From NCBI GenBank assembly GCA_041941795.1, contig CP145872.1, positions 150,001-182,000 of the forward strand: a stretch of 32,000 bases of DNA, in the 5' to 3' direction. Source of the stretch: Candidatus Saccharimonadota bacterium. GTDB lineage: Bacteria; Pseudomonadota; Gammaproteobacteria; Enterobacterales; Enterobacteriaceae. The position numbers and the translations under genes were made by a program. Numbering within the stretch: the stretch's first letter is position 1; every line of letters begins with the position of its first letter. Positions 26,766-32,000 of this stretch are shown piece after piece. The notes beneath the pieces were generated by a model. The model had not been told where the DNA came from. It did not search any database and worked only from the letters and a program-made list of their open reading frames with translations.

Positions 26766-29426
26766 ATGAAGTATAAGAATTGTGCAGAGATTCGACAAGA
26801 TTTTTTAGATTTTTTTCATAAAAAAGGGCATCAAATAGTGCAAAGTAGTTCTCTCCTTGCTAACAATGATACTACATTACTATTTACTAATGCGGGAATG
26901 AACCAATTTAAAGATATTTTTGTAGGTAGAGAATGTAGTAGTATTTCTTCGCGAGTCACTACTTGTCAACGTTGTATGCGTGCAGGTGGTAAGCATAATG
27001 ATCTCGATAAGGTTGGTTATACTAGTTGTCATCATACTTTCTTTGAAATGTTGGGAAATTTTAGTTTTGGTGATTATTTTAAGCAGGAAGCTATTCATTT
27101 TGCGTGGGAACTATTAACTAGTCCTCAGTGGTTTAACTTATCTAAAGAAAAACTCTTGGTTACAGTATATGCTCCAGATAAGGAAACTTATGATATTTGG
27201 CATCATGAAATTGGCATGCCACATAGTCATATTATAGGTATTGGAAATAACAAAGGAGGATCATATTGTTCCGATAATTTTTGGCAAATGGGAGATATTG
27301 GACCTTGTGGACCATGTACCGAAATCTTTTACGATCATGGACCACATATTAAAGGAGAATTACCCGGTAAGACAGTCTCTCTGTCTGGTAATCGTTATAT
27401 TGAACTGTGGAATATTGTTTTTATGCAGTATAATAAACAACCAGATGGAAGTTTTCTACCATTGCCTAAACTCTGTGTAGATACAGGGATGGGTTTGGAA
27501 CGTATTGCGACTGTTTTACAACAAGTACAAACTAATTATGATATTGATATATTTAGGAAATTAATAAAATTAATTTCCTTAGTAACTGATATTAATCTTC
27601 ACCTCCTCCAGGAGGAGAGCAGCATAGCAGCCCTCCGGGTCCTTGCAGATCATATCAGATCATCCGCTTTTCTCATTGCCGATGGAGTATTACCCTCTAA
27701 TGAGGGAAGAGGTTATGTATTACGTCATATTATACGTCGAGCTGTACGTCACGGATATATGATAGGAATAAAAGAAAAATTTTTCTATAAATTAGTATCT
27801 CCGCTCATTGAAACTATGGATTCCCTTAGTGAATACATAAAAAATCATCAAACTCTTATTGAGGAAGTATTAAAAATTGAAGAAGAAACTTTTCGGCATA
27901 CCCTAGAAAAAGGTCTATCTTTATTGACTACCTGCTTATCTAAACTTCATACTCCAATATTAGATGGTCAAACTGTATTTCGATTGTACGATACTTATGG
28001 TTTTCCACGAGAATTAACGGCAGAAATATGTAAGGAACGACACATTAAAATTGATGAAGTAGGATTTAAGAAAGCTATGGAAATACAACGAAATCGTTCT
28101 CGACTATCCAGTTCGAAGATTAAACAAATGCCAATTATTAATAATTTAATTACTATCTTTACAGGACATGATCAATCTAACCTAGAAGCTACTATTACAT
28201 CTATTTTAATAGATGGCCAGACAAAAAATCATATAAAGGATAATAAAGAAGATTATCTTATTATTTTAGATAAAACTCCTTTTTATAGTGAATCCGGAGG
28301 TCAAATTGGTGATACCGGAAAATTATGGAGTCAAGATACCGAATTTATCGTAACTAATACCATCAAGTTAGGCACGGCTGTGGGACATATTGGCAAAATA
28401 TTTAAAGGATCTTTATATGTAGGACAAAAAGTCAGAGCTCAAATTGATGAAGATCGTCGCGGTAAAATAGCACTTAATCATACAGCTACCCATTTATTAC
28501 ATAGCACATTGCGATTAATCTTAGGAAATCATGTAATGCAAAAAGGGTCCTTAATCACAGATAAATATTTGCGTTTTGATTTTAATCATTTTCTAGATTT
28601 AGAATCCCAACAGCTCTTAGCTGTGGAACAACATGTAAATATGCAGATACGAAGAAATATGCCAATTTCAGCAATGGTGATGGGCCGGGAAGCAGCTCAG
28701 CAAAAAGGCGCTCTTTATCTTCGAGATAAACAATATACACATTCGGTCAGAGTATTAACAATAGGAGACTATTCGGTAGAATTATGTAATGGTACCCATG
28801 CAAATAGTACTGGTGAAATTGGATTATTTCGCATAATGGCTGAGTACAGTGTATCAGCGGGAATTCGACGCATAGAGGCTACTACCGGACATAATGCATT
28901 GCAACAAGTTCAGCACGAACATGAAAATATTCAAAAAATTTGTAGAATGTTAAGAGCTAATAATAACAACATATATGAGAAAGTACATGCCTTAACTCAA
29001 AATATCAGGGTTCTAAAAAAAGAACTCCAGGACACAAAAGCTGAACAATATTCTCAAGAAAGTAATTTACTAATGAGACAACTTATCAAAATGAAACATA
29101 CTTCCTTATTAGTTAGCCAATTAATAAATAAAGACTCTAAATTTTTACGCGCAATGGTAATATTACTTCTCCAAGAAGTAGGATCGGGCGTAGTAATATT
29201 AGCAACAGTTATAAATAATTCCATATCCTTAATATCAGGAGTCACTAAAGATTTAACGCCTTACATTAAAGCCAATGAAATTATAAAGATTATGGGTCCT
29301 AAATTAGAAGCTCAAGGAGGAGGAAAAGAAGAGATAGCTCAAGCATGGGGAAAAAATATCAAAATTCTTCCCCAAGTCTTGGAGGAGATAAAAATTTTTC
29401 TAATAAAACAGCTGTCTTCCTATTAG
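26766..29426 (+). CDS. alaS: Alanine--tRNA ligase
   Basis: 886 aa. EIRQ.FLDFFH.KGHQ.V.SSSL..NDTTLLFTNAGMNQFKD.F, RAGGKHNDL..VGYT..HHTFFEMLGNFSFGDYFK, FWQMGD.GPCGPCTEIFYDHG, the editing-domain motifs HTATHLLH and CNGTHA, and a C-terminal DHHA1-like domain are collinear with E. coli AlaRS. Confidence 0.96.
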   Translation: MKYKNCAEIRQDFLDFFHKKGHQIVQSSSLLANNDTTLLFTNAGMNQFKDIFVGRECSSISSRVTTCQRCMRAGGKHNDLDKVGYTSCHHTFFEMLGNFSFGDYFKQEAIHFAWELLTSPQWFNLSKEKLLVTVYAPDKETYDIWHHEIGMPHSHIIGIGNNKGGSYCSDNFWQMGDIGPCGPCTEIFYDHGPHIKGELPGKTVSLSGNRYIELWNIVFMQYNKQPDGSFLPLPKLCVDTGMGLERIATVLQQVQTNYDIDIFRKLIKLISLVTDINLHLLQEESSIAALRVLADHIRSSAFLIADGVLPSNEGRGYVLRHIIRRAVRHGYMIGIKEKFFYKLVSPLIETMDSLSEYIKNHQTLIEEVLKIEEETFRHTLEKGLSLLTTCLSKLHTPILDGQTVFRLYDTYGFPRELTAEICKERHIKIDEVGFKKAMEIQRNRSRLSSSKIKQMPIINNLITIFTGHDQSNLEATITSILIDGQTKNHIKDNKEDYLIILDKTPFYSESGGQIGDTGKLWSQDTEFIVTNTIKLGTAVGHIGKIFKGSLYVGQKVRAQIDEDRRGKIALNHTATHLLHSTLRLILGNHVMQKGSLITDKYLRFDFNHFLDLESQQLLAVEQHVNMQIRRNMPISAMVMGREAAQQKGALYLRDKQYTHSVRVLTIGDYSVELCNGTHANSTGEIGLFRIMAEYSVSAGIRRIEATTGHNALQQVQHEHENIQKICRMLRANNNNIYEKVHALTQNIRVLKKELQDTKAEQYSQESNLLMRQLIKMKHTSLLVSQLINKDSKFLRAMVILLLQEVGSGVVILATVINNSISLISGVTKDLTPYIKANEIIKIMGPKLEAQGGGKEEIAQAWGKNIKILPQVLEEIKIFLIKQLSSY

Positions 29427-29578
29427 GGATAAACTTTATATTTTCTAAGCAAAATTCGTATTATATATAATATATAACTAGTTTATACAAACATCATATT
29501 ATGATAATTTATATCTTATAAAAAAAGGAGTAATGTGGAAGAGTAGTTCTACTTCTATTAAAGTTCAAGGAGAGCAGA

Positions 29579-29764
29579 ATGCTTATTCTAACTCGGAGGG
29601 TGGGCGAAACTCTTATGATTGGAAATGAAGTGACTGTTACCGTTCTAGGAGTTAAAGGAAATCAGGTTCGCATGGGTATAAATGCGCCTAAAACTGTTTC
29701 AGTTCATCGTGATGAGATATATAAACGTATTAAAACTCAAGAAGAATCGCAGTCAACGAGTTAG
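29579..29764 (+). CDS. csrA: Carbon storage regulator / translational regulator CsrA
   Basis: 61 aa. [50 protein letters not shown] is almost identical to E. coli CsrA. It is preceded by AAGGAG and follows the alaS-csrA-serV synteny. Confidence 0.97.
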   Translation: MLILTRRVGETLMIGNEVTVTVLGVKGNQVRMGINAPKTVSVHRDEIYKRIKTQEESQSTS

Positions 29765-29894
29765 TATAATTAAACTGGGTGGAAATAATCTTCCCGAGAA
29801 TTGGAACTTTTCTAACCTCTGGAAATATATTGGCAACGAAATATGCAACTTATAAGAACTGGTGAGCATTTAAGTATCCGCTCCTAGGTAGAAA

Positions 29895-29984
29895 AGTGAG
29901 GTGGCCGAGTGGCTGAAGGCGCTCCCCTGCTAAGGGAGTATGTAGATAATACCTGCATCGTGGGTTCAAATCCCACCCTCACTG
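29895..29984 (+). tRNA. serV: tRNA-Ser (anticodon GCU), class II with long variable arm; no encoded CCA
   Basis: Folded by hand. The acceptor agtgagg (29895-29901) pairs with cctcact (29977-29983), and the discriminator is g at 29984. The anticodon loop is ct-GCT-aa within ctccc/gggag. The variable arm is atgtag...ctgcat. The T arm is gtggg-ttcaaat-cccac. The sequence is near-identical to E. coli serV. It is followed by aaa, not CCA. Confidence 0.93.
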
Positions 29985-30004
29985 AAATTCTGAATGATAG
30001 TACC

Positions 30005-30078
30005 GCATCCGTAGCTCAGTTGGATAGAGCACTCGGCTACGAACTGAGAGGTCGGAGGTTCGAATCCTTCCGGATGCG
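30005..30078 (+). tRNA. argV: tRNA-Arg (anticodon ACG); no encoded CCA
   Basis: The acceptor gcatccg (30005-30011) pairs with cggatgc (30071-30077). The D arm is gctc-agttggataga-gagc. The anticodon loop is ct-ACG-aa within ctcgg/ctgag. The T arm is ggagg-ttcgaat-ccttc. The sequence is near-identical to E. coli argV/Y/Z/Q. It is followed by gcac. Confidence 0.93.
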
Positions 30079-30120
30079 CACTAAAAATACAGATATAATT
30101 TATTTTATGAGAGGATAACT

Positions 30121-31704
30121 TTGATAGCGGGTCTAGGCAGGATAATTCCCTGGATTAAAGATAATTCAGATCTCTTTCGAAACCTCAAAAGAGGAATAGA
30201 ACGGGAAACCCTACGTGTTAAAAGTAATGGAGATATTGCCACTACCTCTCATCCCTATGAGTTAGGATGTCCATTAACACATCAGTGGATTACTACAGAT
30301 TTTGCCGAGGCTCTGTTAGAATTTATCACTCCCACCGAGAGTAATATTAATAAACTCCTAATTATGTTGAGAGATATTCACCGCTATGTCTCTCAGGTTT
30401 TGAATAAAGAACGACTATGGGCACTAAGTATGCCGGGGTTTATAAACAAGGCAGATGATATTATGATTGCTCAATATGGTAATTCTAATCTGGGTCGAAT
30501 GAAAACTTTATATCGAGAAGGCTTAAAAAAAAGATATGGAACAATGATGCAAATAATTTCTGGAGTACACTATAATTTTTCAGTACCCCTGAAATTTTGG
30601 CAAGCATGGGCCGGAGTAAAAAACATGGAGAAAGGAAAGGAAAAAATTTCGGCTGGTTATCTCCAATTAATTCGTAACTATTATCGATTTGGATGGATTA
30701 TCCCATATCTGTTCGGTGCTTCCCCTGCAATTTGCTCTTCCTTTTTACAGGGACAGAAGAGTATTTTTTGTTTTGAACATCATGATTCCGGAATGTTGTA
30801 TTTACCATTTGCCACTTCATTGCGTCTGAGCACTCTAGGATACACGAGTAAGTTACAAAATAACTTAGATATTAATCTAAATAATTTAAATAATTATGTT
30901 CATAGCCTGAAAACAGCTATTAACACATCTTCTAAGAAATATTGTCGAGTAGGATTGAAGCAAAATGGTCATTATTTACAACTCAATACTAATAAATTAC
31001 AAATGGAGAATGAGTTTTATGCTCCCATTCGTCCTAAACGTATAAATTATGAGGGGGAAACTCTTTGCGAAGCACTTAGCAGACGTGGAATTGAATATGT
31101 AGAAGTACGCTCTCTAGATATTAATCCCTTTTCACCGATTGGGATTGATGCCGAACAAATAAGATTTTTAGATTTGTTTCTCTGGTGGTGTTTACTAAGA
31201 GACGCAAGGGAAATTAGCAAAAAAGAACTTCTGTTAATACGTCAAAACTGGGAAAAAATTATTTTATATGGACGAAAACCCGGTCAAAACATTAAGATAA
31301 TACAGCAAAATGGAAGAATTAATACTGTACTATCTATGAGCATAGTACAAGCAGGAAAAGAACTTTTTCGAGATTTAAAAATCATTGCCGAAATTATTGA
31401 TAGTACAGAAAATAATGATGAGTATCAGAAGACTTGTGATTCCTTGATCAGGATGGTGGAAAATTCAGAACTAACTTATTCTTCAAGAATTTTAAAATTA
31501 ATGATGGATGAAGGTCTAATAAAAATAGGTATTGCATTATCAGAAAAATATCATTCTCTCTTAACAAAAGAAAAATATGAAATTTTTAACCAAAAAATTT
31601 TTGATAATGAGGCGATATTATCATGTAAGCGCCAGAATCAAATGGAGACATCAGAAAATATCGACTTCGATACTTTTCTGGCCCAAAGAAATTTAAAAGG
31701 ATAA
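30121..31704 (+). CDS. gshA: Glutamate--cysteine ligase
   Basis: 527 aa. GIERETLRV, LTH.WITTDFAEALLEFITP, LYREGLK.RYG..MQ.ISGVHYNFS, ISAGY...IRNYYRFGW.IPYLFGASPAICSSFLQG and NE.YAPIRPKR...IEY.EVRSLDINPFSPIG.D match E. coli GshA. The TTG start at 30121 follows GAGGA with a 5-nt spacer. E. coli gshA is also known to use TTG. Confidence 0.95.
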   Translation: MIAGLGRIIPWIKDNSDLFRNLKRGIERETLRVKSNGDIATTSHPYELGCPLTHQWITTDFAEALLEFITPTESNINKLLIMLRDIHRYVSQVLNKERLWALSMPGFINKADDIMIAQYGNSNLGRMKTLYREGLKKRYGTMMQIISGVHYNFSVPLKFWQAWAGVKNMEKGKEKISAGYLQLIRNYYRFGWIIPYLFGASPAICSSFLQGQKSIFCFEHHDSGMLYLPFATSLRLSTLGYTSKLQNNLDINLNNLNNYVHSLKTAINTSSKKYCRVGLKQNGHYLQLNTNKLQMENEFYAPIRPKRINYEGETLCEALSRRGIEYVEVRSLDINPFSPIGIDAEQIRFLDLFLWWCLLRDAREISKKELLLIRQNWEKIILYGRKPGQNIKIIQQNGRINTVLSMSIVQAGKELFRDLKIIAEIIDSTENNDEYQKTCDSLIRMVENSELTYSSRILKLMMDEGLIKIGIALSEKYHSLLTKEKYEIFNQKIFDNEAILSCKRQNQMETSENIDFDTFLAQRNLKG

Positions 31705-32000
31705 ATAAAGAAATGAGAAAAATTTGATTAAGTATTAGTATGTAGTATTACATCACTTTACTAACTAAAGAAAGAGGGGGGGACCGCAAATTAGTTTTTG
31801 GAATCTTCTGGCAGTTGGATCAGTTATCTTCTTCACTAACGGGTAAGAAGAATATAGTTATCGGACAAATCATTTTTATGGAAATATCTAAAATAGATGA
31901 TACTTAAGTAATCAGATGTTCTGGATTTAGAAATACCGATCTTCTCAACAGAGAAGAGAAGAATGTACCCAATACAATAATGTCCTGTAAAATAAAAATT

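Noticed and set aside
29909-30118. A 69-aa ORF (MAEGAPLLREYVDNTCIVGSNPTL...).
   Set aside because: It is read straight through the tRNA-Ser and tRNA-Arg genes. The open frame is a by-product of the GC-richer tRNA sequence, and there is no RBS.
1-32000. A window-wide search for CRISPR arrays, IS or transposase remnants, integrases, phage genes, toxin-antitoxin pairs, defence islands, secretion systems, and orphan ORFs that could form a novel system.
   Set aside because: Every ORF over 100 aa is a recognisable core housekeeping gene. The two large non-coding gaps resolve into purB and nlpD relics, and no periodic repeat arrays are present. I see no sequence support for a novel system in this window.

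Overview
This is a strongly AT-rich, gene-dense chromosomal segment (G+C looks like roughly one third by eye; not computed). Every substantial ORF is a close homologue of an E. coli/Enterobacterales housekeeping protein; all comparisons are to E. coli sequences recalled from memory. Gene order follows E. coli synteny with most intervening genes removed, which is the signature of a reduced-genome, host-restricted (endosymbiont-type) gammaproteobacterium. I do not try to name the organism.

The window holds 28 protein genes: murJ (partial), rne, rluC, rpmF (missed by the ORF track), fabH, fabD, fabG, acpP, tmk, holB, ycfH, mnmA, ymgE, ychF, pth, prs, ispE, prfA, prmC, eno, ispD, ispF, rpoS, mutS, recA, alaS, csrA and gshA. 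It also holds tRNA-Ser(GCU) and tRNA-Arg(ACG), and two pseudogenes I could read by eye. These are purB (9677-10440, minus strand) and nlpD (about 21083-21494). Together they explain the two largest 'empty' gaps.

I found no mobile elements, CRISPR arrays, prophage, defence, toxin or secretion genes, and no orphan ORFs. I therefore cannot support a novel multi-gene system here. The observations worth a second look are all genome-reduction biology:
- a truncated RNase E that has lost one Zn-link cysteine;
- an intact rpoS sitting behind an nlpD relic;
- a RecA without its acidic tail, without recX and without an SOS box;
- deletion scars at the plsX, fabF, lolB, hemA, ftsB, hflD and flg loci;
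- a rearrangement junction between prmC and eno.
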